This document shows, piece by piece, positions 24,964-38,235 of a DNA stretch of 64,000 bases. Within the stretch, counting starts at the first letter, position 1, and each line of letters starts with the position of its first letter. Position numbers and translations under genes: made by a program. Source of the stretch: Eledone cirrhosa (taxonomy: Eukaryota); the NCBI GenBank assembly GCA_964016885.1, contig OZ024740.1, forward strand, positions 297,724,001-297,788,000. The letters run 5' to 3'. The notes below the pieces were generated by a model. The model did not search any database. It had not been told where the DNA came from and saw nothing but the letters and a program-made list of their open reading frames with translations.

Positions 24964-25624
24964 TTATGTATGCACGTGTATGTACGTATGTGTATATATG
25001 AGTGTATATATGAGTGTATATGTATGTATATGTGTATGTATGTATATATGTATATATGTATATATGTATATATGTATATATGTGTAGGTTGGTGGGGTTG
25101 CCGGTTTAGTTGCCGACGACCCGACCATGAGACACGTTGTACTTGGTGAGGAGGGTGATATTTGGACACCCTGCGAGATGAAATACAAGACCCAGAAAAG
25201 GGCGGAGGAACTCAGCAGAGTCAACGGCCATCCAAATAGTAGTTTGGGTATTTTTTTTTTAAACTTGGGAGTGAAAGGCCCCTGGTTGTTGTCACAACAC
25301 CTTTCTAAGAGAGGGAAACTAAAAAGAAAATCTGCGGCTTCGGAAGCATCAGATGATATTGACCAGTTCTCCTTTTCGGGTAGTGTTTGCGATGCTCATT
25401 GGTCGAGTGCAGGGCCTTTCCCCACTTAAAAAACCTTCAAAGCACAGGCATTGCTTGTTCAGGGTTTGTTACAGTTTTGTGTGACTGGCCGTAGTCTAAA
25501 AGTGCACCAAACTCTTTAACCTGACAAGCTATTGCAGTTCTCTTAGGAGAGTTTGCAGCCTTCGTATATGTATATATATGTGTGTGTATGTGAGTATATA
25601 TGTTATATATGAATATATGTCTGC

Positions 25625-25920
<296 letters not shown>

Positions 25921-26374
25921 ATATATATATATATATAGTAATAATAATAAATGTGAAGACTAAAATCTAAAGAGGGCACGATAGTTTTTTTAGTTTCAGT
26001 AGATCCCGTTAAGGGTGAAAGCAGCTTTGCTTAAACTTTAATCTGTTATGTATATATATATATTTGTATATCTGTGTGTGCGTATGTATATGTATATGTA
26101 TGCGTCGGCGCATACTTATGCACTGGCCTAAATCTTAACTATTTTTTACTATTTTAATAACCTGTCATTTTCGTTTAACAACTTTAATTGGCAGTATCGG
26201 TAGAGGGTCGAGCGCCATGCTTTGAAGCATAGAGCTACCTCTCTTTATGATCTGGGTTCAAATCCCGCCGAGGTTAACTTTGCCTTTCATCCTTACGGGG
26301 TCGATAAAATAAAGTACCAGTAATGTACTGGATAATTGATGGCCTTGTGCCAAAAGTAGAAACAATTATTCTCA

Positions 26375-26690
26375 AACTCCGGAGCTGAGAATCATTCGGT
26401 TATTCCAAATAGAATTTTAGTCTGACTCCATTAATACCATAAACGTGGTTTTGTCTTTGCAAGAAATTGTTCTTTCCCTACATAGCGGCGTAATTATCCT
26501 CGCTTTTTTTTCCGTTCATTGCCAGAGAACGTCTTCACGAACCAAAGTATCGTCTTCTTGTTTTCCTTCGGTTGTAACGTTTTTCGAAATATTATTTCTG
26601 CGTCCACAGACTGGTTTTTTTTTTTAGTTTCAGAAGATCCCGTTAAAGGTGAAAGCAGCGATTCTTTTCTTAAACTAATCTGTTATTTTA
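26375..26690 (+). mobile_element. Solo Penelope-like terminal repeat with a U4A hammerhead-like motif at 26606-26683; partial copy at 25992-26046
   Basis: Colinear with 41657-42115, which follows a GIY-YIG fragment. Confidence 0.7.
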
Positions 26691-26900
26691 ATATATATAT
26701 ATATATAATTTTAACTTTGAATACTTTGATAGGTTACGGCAGGTATTGGCCCAGGCCATGTCTAACTTAATAGCATTACCTGTGCGAAGTGTGTGTGCCT
26801 ATCCCCCTCACTCTCTCTATCACTTTCTCTCGCTTTCACTCTCTCGCCCTCTTCTCTCTCTCTCTCTTTACTTATCTATCTCTATCTCTTCCCCTCCCTA

Positions 26901-26985
<85 letters not shown>

Positions 26986-27013
26986 TACTCAACTGTCTTT
27001 ATCATTCCAAACA

Positions 27014-27369
27014 TACTCTCGGGCCCCAATTAATAGGATGGGTGTTATAAGCGGTAGAGTTGAACAAAATCAATAATTTTTCTAAGTTGTCTCCGTTGAT
27101 ATTTTTTAAAACCAGAATTAGTCATTTAGTTTACATATTGAGACCCCAACCCATCCTATTTATTTTATAATGTATGAGATTTCTTGTAATGTTCTTTTTT
27201 TGTCATGTATAATGTTTTTTTTAATGTCTAAAGAAAATTATCGCAGGAATGCTACGACTTGAAATAAAATTTTACCAGAGATAGATTAGCAACATTTAAT
27301 AAGTGGGGGCTGGGAAAGAATCTGAAAAATTAAGCGGGAAGAGGGACGATTATTGGAGACCTGAGCGTA
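27014..27369. mobile_element. MITE with TA-flanked TIRs (Tc1/mariner/pogo-like); copies at 39319-39637, 53976-54401, partial 55044-55260 and 62240-62622
   Basis: TA-ctctcgggccccaattaat ... attattggagacctgagcg-TA; shared internal accagaattag..gagaccccaacccatcc. Confidence 0.8.
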
Positions 27370-27401
27370 GGCAAGAGGAATATCAATAATGTTCTACTCA
27401 C

Positions 27402-27472
27402 AAAGCCGACACGCTGACCAGTTGAACGATAATCCACACCAATAAGAGGACAGCCTTCTTCATAGAACACAT
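27402..27472 (-). CDS. First coding exon: signal peptide (MCS)MKKAVLLLVWIIVQLVSVSA-F; the exon probably begins at 27620 and includes 5' UTR
   Basis: ATGs at 27472 and 27463 with an in-frame upstream TGA; basic-hydrophobic-VSA signal pattern; gtgagt donor in phase 2 matches exon 6251; ttcttcag acceptor at 27621; implies a 21 kb intron. Confidence 0.8.
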
Positions 27473-29019
27473 TATCAACTCTGTCCACCTTTTGCTGATC
27501 TGTTGTCACCAAAATCAGACTATCAACTGTCCCACAGAAATTAGGGGACGGCAGTGGTTGAGATGGGGATAGTGTTAGCGATGGTGGTGAAGTGTTACGT
27601 TGAAGACGGTCAGACGCCGTCTGAAGAAATGGGGAGGAGAGTGATGGGGGCTGGAAAGAAGAAGAGAAAAGTCTGTTATAGATGTGTGGATTCGTGAACC
27701 ATAATTAGTTGCATTATTCATTTCATTCAAAAGAAATCACAACCACCGCCGCCGCCGCCACCACCATCACGACCCCCACCACCATCATTATCATCCTCAA
27801 CATCATTATCATCAACCACTTTCGTTATTATAATTACTATTGTTGGTGTTGGTGTTGGTGTTGGTGTTGTTGTTGCTGTTATTGTTGCTGTTGTTGTTGT
27901 TGTTGTTCATATCATTGTTATTGCTTTATTCTTGCCTTTATGACACTGCAATCATCGTGCCTAATTAAATAATTACTACCACCACCTTCACTACATTACT
28001 ATCAGAAAAACCACGACATCTCCCTTATCACCACTGTTGTAACACCTAACACCATGACTGCTATGAACACTACTACTACTACTACTACTACGACGACGAC
28101 GACGACGACGATGACGACGACGACAACGACGACGACGACGACTGCTGCTGCTACTACAACTATAACTACCGCCAAAAGTGTTTGCTCCTTTTCTAACTTC
28201 CTCACGAGTTTCAGCAAACTTCCTTACATAACTTCCCCCATCATCATCATCAAACAATAATAACCTCAACCATCTTAAGCTCCCCCTCTTCGATCAATGA
28301 GGAATCCTCTACACGGTTGTTTTCCCTTGCTAGAAATGGCAGTCACATTTCCTAAAAGCACACACTACCCTGTTTTAAAGAGGGCAGATTGAACAATGTC
28401 ATCATAGATATCTATATGCACAAAGACTGAATGGTTATGGCTTGAAAGTTTGATAAATCGAAGAAAACCGTGGGCTAAACAACAAAAGTAACAACCACTA
28501 TAGATGTATCATGATATAAGGCTCTTGGATTATTGCCACTACAAGCCACAATCCTTATATACATTGTCAAAACATGTTCAATCCCCTTCAAATCCAACTT
28601 GCCCACCTCCTTCTCTTGGGTCTTGAATAATGTATCCCCCTTATTATTTGTTCTTACTCTTTATGTTCTGAGTTCAAATCCCGCCAAAGTCAACTTTGTC
28701 AAGTACTGGATTTGTTTTAATCAATTTTGCCCTTCCCCAGATATTTGGAGGCTTGTGCCTAATTATTGTATTTCGTTTTCAGACAATCGCTGATTTGTGA
28801 ATTTTAATAATAACAATAATAAAAGTGAAATTCTGAAATTTATTTGCGTTTCGTAGCGTCTCCCTCGCCGTCATCCGAGGCAATATATTCTCCATCCTGT
28901 CGGCCGGGACCCAGAGCAGGAGAGTAAGTTAGTTGGAAGTGAGGGATATACGTTTGGACGTCACTTTCTCTCTATTTCTTGAAAATTCTATGACTTTTCA
29001 CTACATTACTAAAGTCTTC

Positions 29020-29398
29020 GTCTTCGCCTGAATCTTCGACCCCTTCCTTCAGTGCTTCTGCAACGGCGCTTGAGATGGTTTGGTCACGCAGCCCGGCACC
29101 CTGAGAGTGATCTGATCCGCGATGTTCCCCTCCTACCTCCACTCCCTAACTGGCGCAAGCGCGTTGGCGGGCAGCTGAAGATCTGGGCAACGACGATCAA
29201 GGAGGACCTCTCCGAACTCTCAGGTCCGCAGGTGGTCGGCCTGCGCCGATGGAACCGTGACTGGCTCGCTATCTCCAGTGACCTAGCCCGGGACCGTCGT
29301 GCATGGGCTGCTATGGTTCGGGATGCCGTCAGGACAAGGGAAGAAGCCGGCTCAACCCGTCCAGGGTGAATGTCGACACAAGTACAAGTACAAGTACA
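29020..29398 (+). mobile_element. RTE LINE 3' end with (ACAAGT)n tail
   Basis: QRRLRWFGHAAR..GGQLKIWATTIKEDL..ARDRRAW. Confidence 0.85.
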
Positions 29399-29635
29399 TT
29401 ACTAAAGACAATAGTCCTATTTATTAATCTAATCATAATCCGTTCCATGTGTACAATCCCATGTGTAGAAAATGTCCGTTTATGTTCGTTCACAACTACT
29501 CTATCGAGTAACGTTACTCCAAAGAGCCTTCGGAGGGAGTCCATTTAGGCCGCTTGTATTCGCTCGTATTCTTTCGGGCATTAGCCATGATTCATGACTA
29601 TAGTTATGGGTTGACACGAATAGGAATAAACATAC

Positions 29636-29790
29636 CATTCAATGGAAGTGGTATATTTAATTATATCATCCTTACATTTTTCTTTATCAAATCTGGTAAT
29701 CACTTGTTCGGTTCCTTCTTTCTTTGATGTAGTCTTCAGCTCCGACCGAACAGTCTCTGTTACTATCTGATAGTCATTTTTTTCTGATAT
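29636..29790 (-). other. Candidate upstream (5' UTR or uORF) exon of the EMI/EGF gene
   Basis: Unique non-repetitive sequence with GAATG|gtatgt donor and a weak tag acceptor; one frame open for 51 codons. Confidence 0.3.
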
Positions 29791-29910
29791 CTACACTTGA
29801 TGTAGTGCAGTACATGGAGAAATAAAAGTTGGGTAGGCGTAGATGAATTTGAATATGAGAATAGCGTGCTGCAGGATGAGTTCAGTAACTTTTCTTATTT
29901 GTCAGTCAAA

Positions 29911-30080
29911 TAATTGTTTCTACTTTAGACACAAGGCCAGCAATTACCTAGTGCATTACTGGTACTTTATTTTATCGACCCCGTAAGGATGAAAGGCAAA
30001 GTCAACCTCGGCGGGATTTGAACTCAGATCGTAAAGGGATGTAACTATGCTGGAAAGCATAGCGTCCGACCCTCTACCGC
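29911..30080 (-). mobile_element. tRNA-derived SINE, family 1
   Basis: Core and tail as in other copies. Confidence 0.8.
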
Positions 30081-30699
30081 AAATAATGCATGCCACTAAA
30101 GAAAATATAGAAAACGAAACATTGAAATTTGAATAGATTTAAGTAAAATATTTAGCAGCTGAGTATTATATTCATGATATCATTTCGCTTGGAAATGAAA
30201 CATAAAAAAAATTATATACCACCATGTAAAATATGCAAAACGTATGAATTAAAAGATAAACATAAATAAAGATGAAATTATGAAGACCGAGGAATCAGAT
30301 AGAAAATGTTTAATTGATTGCACACACTATAAATGTAAAATTAATTTTACAGAAATTGAAAGATCTTTAAAAACTGGATATGATTAACATATTTCAGAAG
30401 GCAAGTCAAGCAAAGGAAACGTTTCAAATTCGTGAAAATCACATAGATTGGCCATCCTCATATGAGAATTACTATATGTGTCACTAGAAAGAGATGTTTT
30501 AATGAATAGAAGAAATTCATTGTATAGTAATCAAACCATTGTTAATGGTATAAGAGACTTTGAAAATAAAGTATTAAGGATTCTATATACGAAAGTATCG
30601 CATGTAGATTAATAAAAGCACCCAGTCCATGCTGTAAAGTGGTGCTGGTGTTAGGAAGGGCATCCAACCAGTATAATAAATGTCAAAATTATGAGCACA

Positions 30700-33600
30700 A
30701 GAAATAAGAATTACAACAACTGCGTCAACAGCAATAACACTAACCATGTTAGGGCTGTGTACGGTAGTGGGGTGGCTGGTGCGGCCATGTGCGAGAACCC
30801 CCCCCCCCCCCGACCGTCATCAAGCAATCGCACAAAAACAACTGCGTAAACAGCAATAACACTAACCGTGTTAGGGCTGCACATGGTAGTGGGGTGGCTA
30901 GTGAGGCCATGTGTGAGAACCCCACGACCGTCATCAGGCAATCGCACAACAGGAAAAAGAACGAGACGTCGCATCTCAGAGTTGCCACACTTAATGTTGG
31001 CACTTTAACAGGTAGATCTGCTGAAATAGCGGAGATGCTGGAGAGAAGGCATGTGGATGTGTGCTGTGTGCAAGAGGTGAGATGGAGAGGTGCCTCTGCA
31101 AGACTAATCGCAGGCAAACATCGTAGTTATAAGCTTTTCTGGGTGGGTAATGATGATGGGTTAGGGGGAGTAGGCATATTACTGGCTGAGAGGTGGATTA
31201 ATAAAACAATAGAGGTAGTTAGAGTTAGTAATAGAATAATTAAGCTTAAATTAGTTGTAGGCAAGAGACTACTGACAATCATCTCTGTCTATGCTCCCCT
31301 AGGTAAAGAAGAGAAAGACTGCTTTTACGAGCAACTTTTACAAACAGCCTCAATGACAGAGGACAGAGACATCGTTATGCTAGCGGGGGACTTCAATGGA
31401 CATGTTGGGCAGCTCCAGGATGGATATACATGGAGGGCACGGTTACGGCTCAAGAAATGAAGGAGTGAGGCTTCTTGAATTTTGTGATGCAAATGCACTC
31501 TCCATTTGCAACACTAACTTCCAGAAGCCTACCAACCACCTAATAACCTACAAATCAGGCGAGCACATAAGCCAGATTGACTTCCTGCTAGTTAGACAGC
31601 GAGTCAGACAGATGGTGTCAAATACTAAGGCATACCTCGGGGAAGAATGTACCCCGTAGCATAGGTTAGTCGTTAGTGACATCTCAGTAAGCAAGAGAAA
31701 GAATGAGCCATACAGGAAGGTGTGGAAAAGAAATGTCTGGAAGCTAAAAGACCTTTCTTTAAAATATATATTTAGCAAAGCCCTTCAAGATGTGTATGAC
31801 GAAAAGGAAGACGATTTAGAATCGTATGACATAGATGAAACTGGAATTTCTTGCGTGACAACTTACTGCAGGCTACTGAAGAAACTTGTGGTTGGGGCAG
31901 AGCTTCAACCAGACAGAGAGTGGCCTGGTGGTGGAACAGCACGGTAGATAGGGCCATTAGAGACAAAAGACTGGCATGGAAGGCTTGGAAAAACGGTGGG
32001 AGTAGAGAAGGATATACAGCCGCTAAGAAAGAAGCTAGACGTCAGGTGTACTTAGCACGCAGGGAGGCTGAGAGTAGGAGATTTGCCAATGTTCTGCGAC
32101 GGGAAGATCAGAGACGTGCGGTGTTCCGCATTGCAAGGCAGTGTGTCAGTACAAATCAGGATGTTGTTGGAGATAAGTGTGTCCGGAATGATGCCGGTGT
32201 ACTTAAAACAAAGGAGGCCTGGAAATGTCATTATGAGAGACTGATAAATGTGGAGAACGAATGGGACAGAGATAAATTACCCCCAGTAGACCCGACAGAG
32301 CGACCAGCTATTGAGATTGACGAATATAGGGTACAAGAGGCAATTAAGGAAATGAAGAATGGTAAGGCTGCTGGACCGTCGGGGATAGTTGCTGAGATGC
32401 TGAAGGCTTCGGGAGAAGTAGGCACTAAACTAGTTGCATGCATCATTAATCAAGCTATATATGGTGGTGCCATACCCAAAGACTGGTGCAGTAGTATTCT
32501 CATAAATTGATACAAAAGTAAAGGGGATGCTCTAGAGAGGAGCAATTATAGGGGCATAAGGCTAACGGATCAAGTTATGAAAGTGGCAGAGAGAATATTA
32601 GCGCAACTGATTAGAGAAAGTGTCAAATTAGATGAGATTCAGTTTGGTTTTGTGCTTCGGAAAAGTACAACAGATGCCCTCTTCTTAGTGAGGCAACTAC
32701 AAGAAGAATAAGCCACTATACTTAGCTTTTGTTGACCTAGATAAGGCCTTTGATAGGGTACCCCGATCTGTCATCTAGTGGTCCCTAAGGAAACTAGGTG
32801 TAGAGGAATGGCTTGTGAGGACAGTGCAAGCTATGTACAGGGGTGCTGTCAGTAAAGTGAGAACAGGAATGGAGTTTAGTGAGGAATTCCAGATACAAGT
32901 AGGTGTACATCAGGGTTCGGTCCTCATCCCGCTCTTGTTCATTATAGTCCTCCAAGCCATAACAGAGGAGTTTAAGACTGGCTGCCCATGGGAACTTCTC
33001 TATGCTGATGATCTGGTTCTTATAGCAGAATCAGTAGAGGAGCTAGAGAATGAATTCTGTCTATGGAAACAGCAGTTTAAATCAAGAGGCCTGAGAGTGA
33101 ACATGGCTAAAACAAAAGTGTTGATAAGTAGAAGAGAGGACAATACTCTGATCCATCGGGGAAATGGCCATGTTCGATATGTAGGAAAGGAACTGGCATA
33201 AATTCCATAAATTGAACGCAATGCAGATCTTGGGTACACAAGAGATGTAGTGGGATAGCAGGCAAACTAACAGGTAAGGAAAACTACGTATGCAGTAGAT
33301 GTACAGGGAAAGTTGGCAGTAGTAATCGCAGTGATAGACACATTTTTCCAATGCAGGCGGGTGCTATAGAAGTGGTTGATAGCTTCCGGTACCTAGATTA
33401 TCATATTAGCATCGGAGGGGGGGGGTATTCCGAGGCCATAGTATCTAGAATAAGGACGGGTTGGAAGAAGTTTAGAGAGCTGCTTCCTCTGTTGACAAAG
33501 AAGGGTTTCTCCCTGCGTACGAAAGGACGGTTATATAATGCCTGTGTGAGATGCGCGATGCTGCATAGTAGTGAGACATGGGCAGCAACTGCAGAAGATA

Positions 33601-33772
33601 TGAAGACGCAGTAGAGGTAGACCACGAAAAACATGGGCGAAGGTGGTGAAAGCAGGCCACAGATCGCTGAAATTCACCGAGGAGATGACGAAGGACCGTG
33701 ACAAGTGGAGAGATTCTGTGCTGAATAGGACCCGTCTAAGGGAAAAGCGGACGTAAAATGATGATAATGATA
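30700..33772 (+). mobile_element. Near full-length, inactivated RTE-clade LINE (APE + RT)
   Basis: ATLNVGTLTGR, VCCVQEVRW, GDFNGHVG, QIDFLL, GKAAGPSGI, HQGSVL, LLYADD, (ATG)n tail; ~120-bp tandem repeat in the 5' region; multiple frameshifts. Confidence 0.93.
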
Positions 33773-33776
33773 CATA

Positions 33777-33852
<76 letters not shown>

Positions 33853-34518
33853 CAGGTCACTCTCGATTATGACAGGTCACACTCGAGTGTTACTGGTAAC
33901 ATGTAATCCAGTACAACCTGTCTCATGGTCGGATTGTCGGCGACTAAACCGGCTACCCCACCAAGCCTGCTTGGTGAGGAGGGTGATATTTGGAGACCCT
34001 GCGGGATAAAATACAAGACCCGGCAAAGGACGGAGGAGCACAGCAGAGTCAACAGCAATCCAAATAGGACCCTCTCTCTCCTAGAAAGGACCCCAGTTGT
34101 TGTGACAACTGGGGGCCTTTCTAGGAGGGAAACTCGGAAAAAAAAATCTGCGGCTTCAGAAGCATCCGATGATGTTGACTAGTTCTCCTTTTCAGGAGTG
34201 TTTTCGATGCTCAGGGAGTGGGATTGGTCGAGTGCAAGGCCTTTCCCCACTTAAAAAACCTTCAAAGCACAGGCATTGCTTGTTCAGGATCTGTTAAAGG
34301 TTCGTGTGGCTGACCTAACCTAAATGTACACCAGTTTCGATAATCTGACAAGCGATTGCAATGCTCTTAGCAGAGTTTGCAGCTATCATATATATATAAT
34401 CATAAATAATACACATGTATGAAAATATATACATGCATATATACTTCCATACGCACACATTTACATATATCTATACACCCATACATATATTTATACATAC
34501 ATAAGTACATGCATAAAA

Positions 34519-34558
<40 letters not shown>

Positions 34559-34709
34559 TGGCTGCCAACTCGTTTTCGAGTACGGCCACTACTACTTTAT
34601 ATCCATGTAGGAGAACCCCTACCGATGCGCTAAAGAAGTGTGACTTTTAGTCCAGCCAGCGACTTGAAAACTCTGGTATAAACACTACACCTGTGACAAT
34701 TATTGACAC

Positions 34710-34783
<74 letters not shown>

Positions 34784-34842
34784 TTATATATATATATATA
34801 TTTATATATATATTTATATATATATATATTTATATATATATT

Positions 34843-34927
<85 letters not shown>

Positions 34928-34977
34928 AAAAGAGCGAAGAGAAAAGTTTATATATAGTTTCGTTTATTGTGTATAGT

Positions 34978-35075
34978 CAATCTGTTATGCACATTTCGTA
35001 GAGGACTGGCGCAGGGTCACCCATATGCGTTATGGATCAAGCTCCATTATCGAACTGATCTTCAGACTGGTGATT
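34978..35075 (-). ncRNA. Hammerhead-like motif with long stem II; paralog of 40386-40470
   Basis: CAGU-CUGAAGA-(~60 nt)-GAA-AUGUGCAU-A-ACAG; stem I weak. Confidence 0.45.
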
Positions 35076-35269
35076 CAAAAAAAAATACTGTTTCTGTTTA
35101 TATATATATATATATATATATAATTACAGGTGAAGAGTTAGGCTGTGTGGTTACTGAAAACGAGGGGTTAGAAGGTAAACGGGACGTAAACAAGATAAGA
35201 AAAGTATCCCTTCATCAGCTGTTTACTACAGATCATAGATGTTTCGGCGTACGTCCCGTTTACCTTCTA

Positions 35270-35335
<66 letters not shown>

Positions 35336-35377
35336 CAAAATATATGGAGAGGAAAGCAAGACATTTGAAAACAAGAT

Positions 35378-35490
35378 TTCATTCTTACACAGTATTTCGT
35401 CTTCAAGTACATTTATAATACAGTAGGTACACATATGTGCGAATATATTCTACAGTAGAGATGCACTTATAAGACTCATCAGACTCATCC
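35378..35490 (-). ncRNA. Hammerhead-like motif with long stem II
   Basis: CUGAUGA-GUCUU a UAAGUGCAU...AUGUACUUG AAGAC-GAA-AUACuGUGU-A; stem I poorly paired. Confidence 0.45.
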
Positions 35491-35679
35491 TTAAAGATGT
35501 TGCTGGAGGGAAAGTCCAACTCCGTACGCCAGCAGAGTAAGGCTACACATTCATGATACGTTTATTCTTTAAGAAAAATGTTTGGAGGTATGAGAACAGA
35601 TCTGAGTTCATGGACGGCTCGTTATATTTTACTAAACTAAGAATCGAGTACTCTGTTGAATAATGGTCTAACTAGTTTA

Positions 35680-35757
<78 letters not shown>

Positions 35758-35929
35758 AAATTCAAACCACGGCGCCAACTGGTTTCGGGTTCGAAACTGC
35801 TTGGCGCCACTGTTGGGATTTTACCTCTATACCAACTCTGCACCTCTTCGCGGATTGAGTACTCCTATGATTAGTTGTCTTTCCGGTCTCAGCACCGCAG
35901 ACTCTTTCTCTCTAAAAATGTATATATCC

Positions 35930-36190
35930 ACATCTAGCATAAGGAGCAGATATTGCAATAGCCTTGGGTTCAAAGGCCCTCAACTCTTCAACAAGCTGCC
36001 TAGAAATTTCAGAGATCTGCATGGTGTGGACGTGGATGTTTTCAAGAAACATCTTGATACCCTGCTATCCAGGATCCGGATGAGCCCACAGCATGGTACG
36101 AAGGTAACCTAAGGGCAGCAGCAACGAACTCCCTCTTACAACACAGACTGGAGATAGAATGTGTAGCAACAAGGGCGGTGCCCTGAGTTT
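35930..36190 (+). mobile_element. CR1/Jockey-group-like LINE ORF2 3' end
   Basis: NSLGFKGPQLFNKLP..L..VDVFKKHLDTLL. Confidence 0.6.
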
Positions 36191-36528
36191 CTTTAAATAT
36201 TCTTTCATAACTCGTTGAGTAACCCCTCACCGTCCGTCGACTCTATCTAGTGTAGTAATTAACCATTACTGCATTCAGGATAATCCTAACCATTTCATGC
36301 ATTATATATATATATTCTACCGTGTCTTCAGAGCAAAGACACGGTAGATTAAACAGCATTTCAAAATTGAATTTCTACAAATAAATAACTACCAATTTGC
36401 ACATAGGCTGTGTAACTACTGTAGAAACATTTGTAAGCACTCGGAATAAATTACCTTTTTATGATGTCTACCTGCTTTATTATTCATTCTTTATATATTA
36501 TTCATATATATATATGTGTGTGTGTGTG

Positions 36529-36570
<42 letters not shown>

Positions 36571-36667
36571 ATGAATAAAAATAACCAGGATTAAATTACA
36601 TTAAATCATTTTTATATATTAGTGTATATGTGTATATATTTCTTAATATGAACGTTTATATATATGG

Positions 36668-36698
<31 letters not shown>

Positions 36699-36740
36699 AT
36701 ATATATATATTATATATATTATATATATATATATTATATA

Positions 36741-36778
<38 letters not shown>

Positions 36779-36848
36779 TATATATATATAATATATATAA
36801 TATATATATATATATATAATATATATAATATATATATATATATATATA

Positions 36849-36914
<66 letters not shown>

Positions 36915-36948
36915 TATACACATATATATACACAACATATAAATATAC

Positions 36949-37057
<109 letters not shown>

Positions 37058-37392
37058 CTTCTTAGAGTATGTATGTGTATTTGTGAGTTTATGTATGAGT
37101 GTAAATATGTAGTTGTCATTTCTTTGTTTAACATTACATTTCTCGAATTGTTTCAGTGTTAAGAGACGAGGTGAAGATACATAAGTCTATTGAAAGAGGT
37201 CGGTGGTGGTCCTGGTGGGTGAGGTATTAAGAGTGGTGGTGTTGGGGGAAAGATGTAAAGGGAAACATAGCGGCGTGGTGGTGGTGGTGGTGACGTAGTG
37301 GTAGTAGTGGTAGTAGTAGTAGTAGTAGTTTTATATGGTGGTGGTGGTGGTGGTGGTGTCTGTAGTGGTGGTGGTGGTGGTGGTATTAGTAA

Positions 37393-37427
<35 letters not shown>

Positions 37428-37513
37428 TCTTTATACCTGCAGCCCTGTCATTTGAGACGAATATTGAATTAATAATTGTATGTCTACACTAGAAGTTTAT
37501 AGACAAACGAGTA

Positions 37514-37565
<52 letters not shown>

Positions 37566-37577
37566 GGTTTGAGGTTC

Positions 37578-37619
<42 letters not shown>

Positions 37620-38177
37620 ATATGTATATGTGTCCATGTATATATGTATGTATGTGCATGTCTATATCTATATAAACATATGTGCGTTTATGTATGTGTA
37701 TATGTATGTGTGCATGTGTGTATAGGTGTGTATGTGTATATGTATGTGTATATGTATTTATGTGTGCATATGTATGTGTATGTGTATGTATGCAAGTGTG
37801 TATATGTGTGTATATGTATGTGTATATGTATGCAAGTGTGTATATGTGTGTATATGTATGTGTATATGTATGTGTGCATGTGTATGTGTATGTGTATGTA
37901 TGCAAGTGTGTATATGTGTGTATATGTATGTGTATATGTTTACAGTAAATGAATAAACTGGGTGAAATTAGCCCCTAACTATATCAAATCATATAATTAT
38001 GTACGTATACATAATTATGTATGCACACATACACCACACACCCGCGTACACACATACATACACACAATATATAAGTGTGTGTGCATAGATATTTATGTGT
38101 GTATATATATATACATATACATATACATATATATATACATATATATATACTATATATACATATACATATATATATAC

Positions 38178-38235
<58 letters not shown>

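Noticed and set aside
27330-27512. Listed 60-aa ORF MVTTDQQKVDRV...
   Set aside because: Wrong frame; the overlapping frame encodes the signal peptide and matches the splice phase.
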